Of a stretch of 64,000 nt of DNA, positions 49,442-59,635 are shown one piece after another. A model generated the notes under the pieces. It saw only the letters and a list, made by a program, of their open reading frames with translations, searched no databases and was not told the origin of the DNA. Source of the stretch: Promethearchaeota archaeon (lineage in GTDB: Archaea > Asgardarchaeota > Lokiarchaeia > Sigyniarchaeales > SOKP01); assembly GCA_016840165.1 (NCBI GenBank), contig JAEOSU010000076.1, forward strand, positions 1-64,000, in the 5' to 3' direction. Numbering within the stretch: the first letter of the stretch is position 1; each line of letters starts with the position of its first letter. A program made the translations under genes and the position numbers.

Positions 49442-49586
49442 AGAGGGAAGCGTGAAAATAGCACGATATTTTTCGTGTAAAAATATAATATCCCCTAATT
49501 TCCTAATTAAAAATGGTAAAAATACCTAAATTTTATCCCAAAATCTTAAACCTGCACTTAGGTTTTTGATTTTCTCGCTTCCTTCT
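49442..49586 (+). ncRNA. Putative structured ncRNA (about 145 nt)
   Basis: Terminal stem AGAGGGAAGCG/CGCTTCCTTCT with internal hairpins, upstream AAAAAAAG-TTTATATA promoter and downstream T-tract. Confidence 0.5.
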
Positions 49587-49792
49587 ACTCTTATTTTTGA
49601 ACAAATATAAATAATTCAATTCTATAACTATTTCTATCCATTTAATTCTTGAATTTAGATAAATTATACTCATTTCTTTACCAAAAATGTCAAATTTTCA
49701 ATTAATTCTATAAAAAAAATTTAAACAACTTCAAGATTTATAATATCTAAAGTATAATTTTAAGTAATATATTTAAAATGGGGTAAATTTTA

Positions 49793-50428
49793 GTGGATTT
49801 TGAAAAATTAACAGAACTAATTATTGAATTAGAAGTTGATGATATCGCAGATGCCGTTAAAGAGGCTTTAGAACAAGATGGAAAGGATCCATTTGAGATC
49901 TTAAATGCATTGACTAAGGGAATGGATGAGGTTGGGAAGCGTTACGAAGAGAAGGAGTATTATCTCACAGAGCTCGTATTAGCCGGGGAGACTATGAAAG
50001 AAGCATTTAATGTTTTACAACCCGCTTTAGCAGCTGCTGACACATCACAAGAGAAGGTTAAGATTATTATGGGTACGGTTAAAGGTGACAATCATGATAT
50101 TGGAAAAAATATCCTCGCATCCTTACTTTTGAGTTCAGGATTTGAACTATATGACCTTGGAATGGACGTAGATGAAAATACGATAGTTGAAAAGGTGAAA
50201 GAAACTGGGGCAAAAATTATCGCGCTTAGCTCTCTTTTAACTATGACAGTAGAGCAAATTAAGGTGGTAGATGAGGCGTTGAAATCAGCAGGTCTAAGAG
50301 ACAAAGTTAAATTAATTGTGGGTGGAGCTCCCCTAAATATGGAATTGGCAAAGAAGCTAGGAGCTGATGACTTTGCAGAAGATGCTGTGGATGGAGTAAA
50401 GCATATTAAAAAATTAGCCGGTATTTAA
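49793..50428 (+). CDS. Corrinoid (B12-binding) protein, MtaC/MttC-like
   Basis: Cap domain, GTVKGDNHDIGKNI, SSLLT and IVGGAP. Confidence 0.92.
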   Translation: MDFEKLTELIIELEVDDIADAVKEALEQDGKDPFEILNALTKGMDEVGKRYEEKEYYLTELVLAGETMKEAFNVLQPALAAADTSQEKVKIIMGTVKGDNHDIGKNILASLLLSSGFELYDLGMDVDENTIVEKVKETGAKIIALSSLLTMTVEQIKVVDEALKSAGLRDKVKLIVGGAPLNMELAKKLGADDFAEDAVDGVKHIKKLAGI

Positions 50429-50660
50429 TCTTTCTTCCTTTTTTTAAATATACTATTTCTTGCTTTAATCAAGAAACAACTTAATAGAGTTTATAATTTA
50501 TAATGCTGATTTGTAATCTATTTAATTTTCAGTTTAAGTTAAATGAGATTTGTTGTTAAATTATAATCAGAATCTTTAATTGTTTAATGCGAGTTATAAC
50601 TATTAGAAACATTTATGAAATATTATTAACCCAGAGCTGTGCTCAGTTTTGGGTGAGTAT

Positions 50661-50933
50661 ATGTCAAAGGAGGTATTAAATTTGACTGATAATAAAAAAG
50701 AGATAGACTATGATGAAGAGTTAGATACAAGAGGTTTGTTTTGCCCTGAACCGCTTTTTGAGGTACGAAATTTTTCCGAATCACTTGAAGTAGGGCAATG
50801 CTTAAAAGTAATAGCAGATGATCCTGCTGCAGAGGAAGATTTAACTCGATGGGCTAAAAGAACTGATACTGAAATTGTAGAGTTCTTTAAAGATGGTGAT
50901 GACCTAGTTTTCTACTTTAAGAAAAAAAAATAA
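50661..50933 (+). CDS. tusA: Sulfur carrier TusA/SirA
   Basis: LDTRGLFCPEP and ADDPAAEEDL. Confidence 0.9.
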   Translation: MSKEVLNLTDNKKEIDYDEELDTRGLFCPEPLFEVRNFSESLEVGQCLKVIADDPAAEEDLTRWAKRTDTEIVEFFKDGDDLVFYFKKKK

Positions 50934-50959
50934 TGAATAAGATAAAAGAGGTAAATTTG

Positions 50960-52141
50960 ATGAGTTATTATTTAGATAATCAAGCCGCAAAACCCGTCGA
51001 TGAACGTGTTATTAAAGAAATGATGCCGTATTTCAGAGAAAAGTATGCTAATCCTGCTTCACTTCATTGCGATGGTGATATTGCGACTGATGTTTTAGAA
51101 AAATCTCGAAAAAAAGTTGCTGATTTTATTAACGCTCCAAATGCATCTGACATTATATTTACTTCAGGAGCCACCGAATCAAATAATTTAGCTTTAATTG
51201 GTGCTGCGTTAAGATATCAAAAAAAGGGGAAACATATAATTATATCAGAAATCGAGCATATTTCAATCCATAATATTGCAAAATACTTAGAAAGGCAAGG
51301 ATTCAGAGTCAGTAGAGTTGCTGTTGATCAATATGGTATAATTAATTTAGATAAATTAGAGAAATTAATCTCAGATGATACCATTCTGGTTTCAATAACA
51401 ACAGCAAGTAATGAAGTGGGTTCATTACAACCAATTGAAGAAATTAGTAAAATAACTAAGCAGAGAGACATATTATTTCATACAGACGCAGTCCCTAGTT
51501 TGAGTGTCATTCCGATTGATGTCCAAAAAACGCCTTTAGACTTAGTTACCCTCTCTTCAAATGACATTTATGGTCCTAGAGGAGTTGGTGCATTATATAT
51601 AAGGAAAGGAGTTCGAGTAAATCCTATACTTATTGGTGGTGGTCAAGAAAGAGGATTAAGATCAGGTTCTGAAAATATTCCAGGAATTGTAGGATTTGCC
51701 AAGGCTGCAGAAATAGCAAAACGTGAAATGGAAAGTGAAGCTAAGAGATTACAAATATTACGAGATAAGTTAATAAAAAATGTTTTGGAGTCTATTCCAA
51801 ATTCTCATTTAAATGGACACCCCGAAAAAAGATTACCAAATAATGCACATTTTCGATTTGACTATATAGAGGGAGAATCATTGATTTTGGGATTAAAAGA
51901 AAACAATATTGCGGCAGCTACGGGTTCTGCGTGCAGTTCAAAAACGCTAGAAGCTTCTCATACATTGATTTCTTTAGGTTTGCTCCATGAAGAAGCGCAC
52001 GGAAGTCTATTAATCTCATTAGGGAGAACTACTAAGGAATCAGATATCGATAAATTGCTAGAAACCTTGCCTGGAATTGTAAAAAGATTACGAAAATTAT
52101 CTCCGTTAACGCCTCCTGAGATGTTAAAGAAATTAAATTAA
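50960..52141 (+). CDS. iscS: Cysteine desulfurase IscS-like
   Basis: YLDNQA, FTSGATESNN, HTDAV, GGGQERGLRSG and GSACSS. The usual PLP motif SxHK reads SSND here. Confidence 0.88.
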   Translation: MSYYLDNQAAKPVDERVIKEMMPYFREKYANPASLHCDGDIATDVLEKSRKKVADFINAPNASDIIFTSGATESNNLALIGAALRYQKKGKHIIISEIEHISIHNIAKYLERQGFRVSRVAVDQYGIINLDKLEKLISDDTILVSITTASNEVGSLQPIEEISKITKQRDILFHTDAVPSLSVIPIDVQKTPLDLVTLSSNDIYGPRGVGALYIRKGVRVNPILIGGGQERGLRSGSENIPGIVGFAKAAEIAKREMESEAKRLQILRDKLIKNVLESIPNSHLNGHPEKRLPNNAHFRFDYIEGESLILGLKENNIAAATGSACSSKTLEASHTLISLGLLHEEAHGSLLISLGRTTKESDIDKLLETLPGIVKRLRKLSPLTPPEMLKKLN

Positions 52142-52155
52142 GGTGAGAAAAAAAA

Positions 52156-52959
52156 GTGAAATCAACTCAATATTCAGATAAAGTATTGGACCATTTTAGG
52201 AATCCAAGAAATGTAGGGGAGATAGAAGATGCTGACGGTGTTGGGAAGGTCGGTAACCCAGTTTGCGGTGATCTGATGTGGATTTACATTAAAGTGGGGA
52301 AAAATGATAAAGGTCAAGAAATAATTGATGATATAAAGTTCAAAACCTTTGGATGTGGCTCAGCAATTTCCACATCATCAATGATAACCGAGATGGTTAA
52401 AGGAATGACTTTGGATGATGCTTATAAGGTGAGTCGACAAGACGTTGCGGATGAGTTAGAAGGATTACCTCCGATTAAGATGCATTGTTCTAATTTAGCA
52501 GCGGATGCACTAAAAGCTGCGATCGACAATTATAGAACGGGAGAATCACCTGAAATAGAAATTGCTACTTCGTGTCAACTAGATGTACGTGTGATCTTAG
52601 GTGTTGATGAGTTTCTAGGTAAAGGTGTCTATAAAGAAATACCATCAGACTTAGAAGAATTACGTGACAAGAGAGTTTTAATAGTAGATTCAGGAGATAC
52701 TTCTTTAGAACTTGCTCTAAAATTGAAAGATTATACTGGCAGAGTAGTAGTTGTAACTTCAGCAAAAACTGTCCCTGGAACTGTAGAGATCAAAAAGAAA
52801 TTAAAACATTCTCCAGTAAAAATTTTACTCGACTCAGAACTTGTAGAAATAAAGGGAGAATTGGATGAAGTTGAAAAAGTTGTTATCCATGATTATGATG
52901 AAGACGAGAAATATGAGCTATTCGTTGACGTAGTAATAATCTTAGATTATAGAGGTTAA
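52156..52959 (+). CDS. iscU: Fe-S scaffold IscU/NifU fused to a TrxR-like Rossmann domain
   Basis: YSDKVLDHFRNPRNVG, GNPVCGD, FGCGSA and KMHCSNLA, plus about 130 extra C-terminal residues. Confidence 0.92.
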   Translation: MKSTQYSDKVLDHFRNPRNVGEIEDADGVGKVGNPVCGDLMWIYIKVGKNDKGQEIIDDIKFKTFGCGSAISTSSMITEMVKGMTLDDAYKVSRQDVADELEGLPPIKMHCSNLAADALKAAIDNYRTGESPEIEIATSCQLDVRVILGVDEFLGKGVYKEIPSDLEELRDKRVLIVDSGDTSLELALKLKDYTGRVVVVTSAKTVPGTVEIKKKLKHSPVKILLDSELVEIKGELDEVEKVVIHDYDEDEKYELFVDVVIILDYRG

Positions 52960-53180
52960 AATTTTTACATTTCTTTTCAATACTTTTCAATATTTAGTTC
53001 AATTTAATTTTGTAGTTAATTTTATTATTGGTTTTGGATTAAAAAGCTCTTTTAAAAAACATCAAATTTAAATGGATTTTTAATTCATAAGAATGAAATT
53101 TAAATGAAATTTATAATTTTGATTATTAAAAGTAGTGATGTAGTGTATCACGATCACACAACTTAACTAATGATGAAAAG

Positions 53181-55580
53181 ATGAAAAAAGTATTAATAGT
53201 TGGCGGAGTTGCTGGTGGTGCATCAGCGGCAGCTCGTTTAAGAAGGTTAATGGAAAATATAGAAATCATCGTATTTGAGAAAGGTTCTTTTGTCTCATTT
53301 GCTAATTGCGGTTTACCTTATTACGTTGGAAATGTAATAAAAGAACGTGATCAGCTAGAACTGATGACCCCGAAAGATTTTTATGATCGATTTAATATCG
53401 ATGTCAGAATAAATCAAGAAGTAATTTCGATTAATCGTAGTCAAAAGACAGTGAACATCATAGATTTAGAGAAAGATAGTGAATATTATTTAGAATATGA
53501 TTATTTAATACTCTCTCCTGGTGCCTCTCCTATCATACCCCCCTTCAAGGGTTTGAAAGATGTTCCAACTTTTACACTTCGGACTATTCCTGATTCTGTA
53601 AAAATAAGAGAATTTGCTGAAGAGAATAAAGTAAAACATGCAACTATCATTGGAGGAGGATATATTGGATTAGAAATGGCAGAAAATCTCAAAGAAAAAG
53701 GAATTCGAGTTAAGATTGTTGAAATGCTTGATCAAGTTTTAGCACCTTTAGATAAAGAAATGGCCCAGTTTATTCATCAAGAATTAATCTTAAATGGAGT
53801 ATGTCTTCAATTAGGAGATGCTGTCGACTCTTTTATGTGCGATGAGAACCAGTGCAACTATGTTATTCCAAAGAGTGGTAAAAAGATTAAAACTGATATG
53901 ATAATTATGGCAATAGGTGTAAAACCGGAGAATAAGTTAGCTATAGATTCAGGTTTAAAAGTTGGTCCGAAAGGACATATCATAGTTGATAATCATATGA
54001 GAACATCTGATCCTTACATTTATGCCGTAGGGGATGCGGTTCAAACTAATAATTATATTACAGACCAATCTGCAGCTATCCCACTTGCGGGTCCAGCAAA
54101 CAAACAAGGTAGAATTGCAGCCGACAACATAGCGGGAAGAAATTCGATATATAGAGGAATCTTAGGAGCTTCTGTACTTAAAGTTTTTGACCTTACAGTT
54201 GCATTTGTTGGATTAAGTGAGAAACAGTTAAAGGGGATGGATATTGATTATGAAAAAATTTATGTTCATCCAAATAATCATGCTGGTTATTATCCTGGTG
54301 CTATTCCGATTACACTTAAATTATTGTTTGAAAAAACAAGTGGTAAAATACTAGGAGCTCAAGCCGTTGGAGGGCCTGGTACTGAAAAACGCATAGATGT
54401 GATATCAACTGCAATAAAGTTTAAGGGAACAGTCTTTGATTTGGAAGAACTAGAGCTTACATATGCTCCCCCTTATGGATCAGCAAAGGATCCGGTCAAT
54501 ATGGCAGGATTTGTGGCATCAAATGTACTACGGGGAGATCATCCTATATGGCAATGGGAAGACTTACCAGAAATTCAACAAAATAATAGTGCATTTATAG
54601 ATGTAAGGACCCCCGAAGAATTTGAAGTTGGGTCGATTGAAAACGCATTGAATATCAATGATTTAGAATTACGACAGAGGTTAAATGAGATTCCAAAAGA
54701 TAAAAATATCTATGTATTTTGTGAAGTGGGTTTTCGTGGTTATTTAGCAACGAGATTATTGCTTCAAGAGGGTTTTGAAAAAGTTCGGAATCTTACAGGA
54801 GGTTATAAACTTTTAAAAACAGCCCAAGCGACTACGCAAGAATTAGCTGAAGCTTGCGGACCACCAGAAGAAATAATGGAAGAGATGATTCAAGAAAAAA
54901 CCACCGAAACTGATGAATTTATGGAAGTTGATGCTTGTGGAATTTCATGTCCAGGTCCTTTAAATGCTCTTATCCAAGGACTTGACAATCTGCCTGAAGG
55001 TAAAAAACTTAAAATATATACGACTGATCCTGGTTTTAAATCAAGTGTAGAAGCATATGTAAAACTCAACGAGGCTGTGAAGTTATTATACTTAGGAAAA
55101 GAAAAGGGAAAGCTAATGGCTATTCTCGAAAAAGGAATCATATCAAAAGAAGAAGTTAAAGCCCCTATTAAAGTGAAAAAGAAAACACGTTCTGAATTAA
55201 GAGGACCAGAAGCACCGCCCTTATCAGAGATAAATGCAACCGAATTATATGACAGAATGGGTACTGAAGATTCACCCGCATTAGTAGTGGATGTTCGAAC
55301 ACCCTCTGAATACCATGAAACAGGTTATATAAAAGACTCAGAGTTGATACCATTAGGAGAGTTAATGAGAGATTTAGGAAAATTAGAGGAGTATAAAGAT
55401 AAAGAAGTCGTAGTCTTATGTGCAGTAGGGGGTCGTTCTTTCATGGCAGCACAGCTTTTAGTGAGGGAGGGTTTTAGAGACGTAAGAAACCTAGTCGGAG
55501 GAATAAAAGCTTGGATAAGACTCGGTTACCCAGTAACTGGAGGCGTGATAGATTCAACCGTAAAATATCTTAAAACCTAA
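53181..55580 (+). CDS. CoA-disulfide/persulfide reductase fused to rhodanese, TusA and a second rhodanese
   Basis: GGVAGG, SFANCGLPY, YAPPY; DVRTPEE..CEVGFRG; DACGISCPGP; DVRTPSE..CAVGGRS. Confidence 0.9.
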   Translation: MKKVLIVGGVAGGASAAARLRRLMENIEIIVFEKGSFVSFANCGLPYYVGNVIKERDQLELMTPKDFYDRFNIDVRINQEVISINRSQKTVNIIDLEKDSEYYLEYDYLILSPGASPIIPPFKGLKDVPTFTLRTIPDSVKIREFAEENKVKHATIIGGGYIGLEMAENLKEKGIRVKIVEMLDQVLAPLDKEMAQFIHQELILNGVCLQLGDAVDSFMCDENQCNYVIPKSGKKIKTDMIIMAIGVKPENKLAIDSGLKVGPKGHIIVDNHMRTSDPYIYAVGDAVQTNNYITDQSAAIPLAGPANKQGRIAADNIAGRNSIYRGILGASVLKVFDLTVAFVGLSEKQLKGMDIDYEKIYVHPNNHAGYYPGAIPITLKLLFEKTSGKILGAQAVGGPGTEKRIDVISTAIKFKGTVFDLEELELTYAPPYGSAKDPVNMAGFVASNVLRGDHPIWQWEDLPEIQQNNSAFIDVRTPEEFEVGSIENALNINDLELRQRLNEIPKDKNIYVFCEVGFRGYLATRLLLQEGFEKVRNLTGGYKLLKTAQATTQELAEACGPPEEIMEEMIQEKTTETDEFMEVDACGISCPGPLNALIQGLDNLPEGKKLKIYTTDPGFKSSVEAYVKLNEAVKLLYLGKEKGKLMAILEKGIISKEEVKAPIKVKKKTRSELRGPEAPPLSEINATELYDRMGTEDSPALVVDVRTPSEYHETGYIKDSELIPLGELMRDLGKLEEYKDKEVVVLCAVGGRSFMAAQLLVREGFRDVRNLVGGIKAWIRLGYPVTGGVIDSTVKYLKT

Positions 55581-55708
55581 ATAGTTCTATTTAAGCAAAA
55601 AAAACTCTTATCTTTAATTTATAAATGAAAGGATTATTATTAAATAGGCATATATAGTTATTTAGATTCAATTCAATAAAATACAAATATTCAAAAAATG
55701 GTGAAAAT

Positions 55709-56293
55709 ATGAAAGAAACACCAAAAAAGCTATTCGCCGCTTATGTTGGTGAATCTCAAGCACGTAATCGATATACATTCTTCTCTAAAATCGCGAAGAA
55801 GGAAGGTTATGCTTTAATTGCAAAGATTTTTGAAGAGACAGCGGAACAAGAACTTCAACATGGTTCATGGTTCTATAAGATGCTTCAAGATTTCAAAAAG
55901 GAAGAAGCATTTGATGATTTTAAAGTATGTGAAGAATATCCAACAACTTATAGCAATACTAGAGAGAATTTGAAATCAGCTGTTAAAGGAGAGACTATGG
56001 AGTGGCAAACACTTTATCCAGATTTAGCCGATACTGCTGAAAAAGAGGGTTATCCTGATATAGCAAAAAGAACAAGGGCAATTGCACGAGCTGAACAACA
56101 TCATTCAGAACGCTATGGAAAATTATTAAAATTAGTGGGTGATGATGCTTTCTTTAAACGTGGTAAAAAAGTAGTCTGGGTTTGTTTGGAATGTGGTTAC
56201 GAGGTTGAGATGGATGAACTACCTGAAAATTGGATATGTCCAAGTTGTTCTCATCCCAGAGCTTATTTCATGAAGAAATGTGAAGATTTCTAA
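55709..56293 (+). CDS. rbr: Rubrerythrin
   Basis: GESQARNRY, ExxH motifs and C-terminal CLEC/CPSC. Confidence 0.93.
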   Translation: MKETPKKLFAAYVGESQARNRYTFFSKIAKKEGYALIAKIFEETAEQELQHGSWFYKMLQDFKKEEAFDDFKVCEEYPTTYSNTRENLKSAVKGETMEWQTLYPDLADTAEKEGYPDIAKRTRAIARAEQHHSERYGKLLKLVGDDAFFKRGKKVVWVCLECGYEVEMDELPENWICPSCSHPRAYFMKKCEDF

Positions 56294-56400
56294 ATAAATT
56301 AAACTTTTTTATATTGGCAAATTGTAGTGGTTTAGTTTTAATTTTATTTGTTATCTTATTATAATAGCTTTCAAATAAATTGGAATAGGAGTATAAAAAA

Positions 56401-57759
56401 ATGATGGAACTGGTATTACAAATTATCGTTTTATCTTGTTTCGTAGTAGTTATTATTGCTTTGTTTAGAGAAAAATCTGACTTTTTATTTTTTTCAATAG
56501 CAGCTATGCTTATATCAGCAACATCCACTTACTTTTTATCTCCCGTTCCAGTTTCAATGGAGGAGATATTTCTCTCGGTTGACTGGGAGGTTATATTTTT
56601 CTTGATATCCTTATTCACAATAGTGGCTGTATTAGAAGAAAATCATATTTTCCAAGAGCTTGCAAGAAGAATCACCACGAAATTTAGCACGAATACAAGG
56701 AAATTTTTTTGGGTGATTTGTTTGACTTCTACCATAACTGCAGCTTTTATAGAGGATGTCTCAGTGGCAATCATATTTATTCCAATGATTATTAACACCA
56801 GCGAAAAAATGAGAATCAATCCTGCGCCTATTTTATTAGGAATGACAATTTGCATTAATTTAGCTTCCACATTAACTCCTTTTGGTTCTGCAGAAAATAT
56901 ATTAATTGCTAATCAATTTTTTCTCTCATCTCAGTGGTTTTTTATTAATATGGGATTATATTTCTTAATCGCAACTTTAACTACTCTATTTTTATTGGAC
57001 AAGTTTATACTTCAGAAACATTTAAAAGATATTTGGACTCCTGAATGCCTCGAAAAAGAAATTCCTATAGATAAAAATTATATTAAAGAACATGAACTTG
57101 TAATAGTCGAAAAACCGATACCGCGAAAAATTTTCAATAAAAATATGGTGAGTCTTTTAATTTTCTTCGGGTTTCTAATTTTTATTCCAAATATTCTATT
57201 TATTGGATTAATAGGGATGCTATTATTTGTATTCCTTAACCCCCGTCGAGGAGAATCGGGTAAAAAATATCCCGACATCTCATATTATCTCAAACAAGTT
57301 GATTTTAAGTTAATATTTTTCTTTATTAGTTTGTTTATACTCGTCTTTTCTTTTGAAAAGGCGGGAATAATCCAATTATTAGAAGATTTCGTATTGAATA
57401 TTGCGCCTACGAATATTTTTCTATTAAGCGTATTGATCTTGATTGTTACATCCCTATTATCTGGGTTCCTCGATAACGTTCCTGTAACCGTACTCTTTAT
57501 TCCCATCATACAGGCTCTTTCCGACAATGGTTTTGCCTCTATCCCGATGTTGGTTGCATTTATTTTAGGGATAAATCTGGGGGGTAACTTCCTTCCACAG
57601 GGGAGCGCCGCGGATATGATGACCTTAGAATTATCAAAAAAATATTGTGCAGATGATCTTAATTATAAACGATTGCTAAAGGTAGGAGGAATTTTTGCGG
57701 CTTATCACATTGTATTAGGAATTGGATATCTCGCTTTACAAACATTTTTCTTTTTATAG
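56401..57759 (+). CDS. SLC13/ArsB/NhaD-family permease
   Basis: TPFGSAENILI, SGFLDNVP and NLGGNFLPQGSAA. Confidence 0.87.
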   Translation: MMELVLQIIVLSCFVVVIIALFREKSDFLFFSIAAMLISATSTYFLSPVPVSMEEIFLSVDWEVIFFLISLFTIVAVLEENHIFQELARRITTKFSTNTRKFFWVICLTSTITAAFIEDVSVAIIFIPMIINTSEKMRINPAPILLGMTICINLASTLTPFGSAENILIANQFFLSSQWFFINMGLYFLIATLTTLFLLDKFILQKHLKDIWTPECLEKEIPIDKNYIKEHELVIVEKPIPRKIFNKNMVSLLIFFGFLIFIPNILFIGLIGMLLFVFLNPRRGESGKKYPDISYYLKQVDFKLIFFFISLFILVFSFEKAGIIQLLEDFVLNIAPTNIFLLSVLILIVTSLLSGFLDNVPVTVLFIPIIQALSDNGFASIPMLVAFILGINLGGNFLPQGSAADMMTLELSKKYCADDLNYKRLLKVGGIFAAYHIVLGIGYLALQTFFFL

Positions 57760-57801
57760 AAAATAATTAAACCTTTAATTTTTCAGAATATTTTTAATCC
57801 T

Positions 57802-58353
57802 ATGAGGAAGAAGAAAGCGATAATTTTAGATAGAGACGGTGTTTTAATTGAAGATAAGGATTATTCTTATAAGATAGAAGATTTGGAGATATTACCGGGT
57901 GTAATCGAAGGATTAAAACTATTGCAGACTAAATTTGTATTCTTTATTGTTACTAATCAATCTGGGATTGGACGGGGTTTTTATACTGTAAATGATTTTC
58001 TTAAATATAATAACCATTTGATTTCAGAATTACAAGGAGAAGGGATAAGAATCGAGAAAACATTTTATTGTCCTCATTTAAGGGAGGATCGATGCGAATG
58101 CAGAAAACCTAATCCCAAATATTTATTTGATATACGGGATGGTTGGGATATTGACCTGAAACTTTCTTGGATGATAGGCGATCATCCATCTGACATAGAG
58201 TTTGGCATAAATGGTGGATGCCAGACTGTTTATATGAGTACGGGTCATGGAAAGAAACATCTGAATGAGCTTGAAGAACTAAATATCAAACCAACTTTCA
58301 TAAGTTCTAATTTTTTTCATGCCGCAGAATCTATACTCAAATTATCTTCATAA
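57802..58353 (+). CDS. gmhB: GmhB/HisB-N-like HAD phosphatase
   Basis: LDRDGVL, VTNQSGIGRG and CPH..CECRKP. Confidence 0.85.
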   Translation: MRKKKAIILDRDGVLIEDKDYSYKIEDLEILPGVIEGLKLLQTKFVFFIVTNQSGIGRGFYTVNDFLKYNNHLISELQGEGIRIEKTFYCPHLREDRCECRKPNPKYLFDIRDGWDIDLKLSWMIGDHPSDIEFGINGGCQTVYMSTGHGKKHLNELEELNIKPTFISSNFFHAAESILKLSS

Positions 58354-58442
58354 TTCGCTTTATTAAGTACTTAAATCAAGATATAAATAATATCAACAAA
58401 AAAGTAGATGACAATACTTAATAAAAAAATAAAAATTTTATT

Positions 58443-59621
58443 TTAATCCCTCTTTTTCGCAAGATACGGCATGGCATGCTCATACCTATTTAATACAAAT
58501 CGGGATATAATAATTCTTTGCACTTCGCTTGTTCCTTCATAAATTTGATAGAGTTTTGCATCTCTAAATAGCTTTTCCACAGGATATGTTCTTAAATATC
58601 CATATCCTCCAAAGATTTGGATGGCTTCGGTAGTAACATTCATGGCAACATCCGATGCGAATGCTTTTGCGATAGCAGAACTAAGGTTATTATCTTTACC
58701 TTGGTCTGCCTCCCAAGCCGCTCTATACGTTAATAATCGAGCTGCTTCGATATCTTTATACATATTAGCGATTTTTTCCTGTATCATTTGATATTTTTCA
58801 ATTGGTCTACCAAAAGCTTCTCGTTTCTTGGCATAATCTATGCTGTACTCCATAGCAGATCTTGCACATCCGACAGCAAAAGCACCAATGGCAGGTCGAG
58901 TATGAGCAAAAGTCTGCATCGCTAGGACAAATCCTCTACCAGGTTTTGCCAAGACATTTTCTTTTGGGATTCTCACGTCTTTTAAACCCACCGAAACAGT
59001 ATTGGAAGCTCTCTGACCTAATTTGGGTATATGCTTCCCTAATCTAACTCCCTCGCTTTTTGTATCAACAATAAACGCTGCTATTCCTTTGTGTTTCTTC
59101 TCTGGATCTGTAGTAGCAAAAACAGTAACGTAATTAGCATGTCCACCATTAGTAATCCAAAATTTATTACCATTGAGAATATATTCATCTCCATCTTGTT
59201 CTGCTCTACATTTCATGCCAGCGACGTCAGATCCCATAGTAGGCTCAGAAGTGGCGAATGCTATTAATTTAAATTCATTTGTAAGTTCTCCTAATATTCT
59301 TTGTTTTTGCTCCTCATTACCACCAATAACAATCGGTTCTGCTCCTAAATTATTATCAAATATTGAGGTCGCTATGCCTGGACAAGCGGAGGAGATTTCC
59401 TCAACGACAATGCAAGCATCCATTAACCCATAGCCGGGGCCACCATATTGTTTAGGAATCCCTAAATTAAGCAATCCTATCTCCCAGGCTTTTTTAATGA
59501 CGGGTAATGGAAATTCTTCAGATTCATCATATTTTTGAGCAACAGGTAGTACTTCATTTACAGCAAATTCTCGTGCTTTTTTTTGTAATGCAATTTGTTC
59601 TTCCATTAATTTAAAATCCAT
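58443..59621 (-). CDS. Acyl-CoA dehydrogenase
   Basis: SEPTMGSD, LNGNKFWITNG, REAFG and QIYEGTSEVQR. Confidence 0.95.
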   Translation of the reverse strand: MDFKLMEEQIALQKKAREFAVNEVLPVAQKYDESEEFPLPVIKKAWEIGLLNLGIPKQYGGPGYGLMDACIVVEEISSACPGIATSIFDNNLGAEPIVIGGNEEQKQRILGELTNEFKLIAFATSEPTMGSDVAGMKCRAEQDGDEYILNGNKFWITNGGHANYVTVFATTDPEKKHKGIAAFIVDTKSEGVRLGKHIPKLGQRASNTVSVGLKDVRIPKENVLAKPGRGFVLAMQTFAHTRPAIGAFAVGCARSAMEYSIDYAKKREAFGRPIEKYQMIQEKIANMYKDIEAARLLTYRAAWEADQGKDNNLSSAIAKAFASDVAMNVTTEAIQIFGGYGYLRTYPVEKLFRDAKLYQIYEGTSEVQRIIISRFVLNRYEHAMPYLAKKRD

Positions 59622-59635
59622 TATTTTCCCTCGTT

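Noticed and set aside
49491-49508. Telomerase-template-like CCTAATT repeat in the candidate ncRNA
   Set aside because: Two short copies in AT-rich sequence and no reverse transcriptase in the window; insufficient support.
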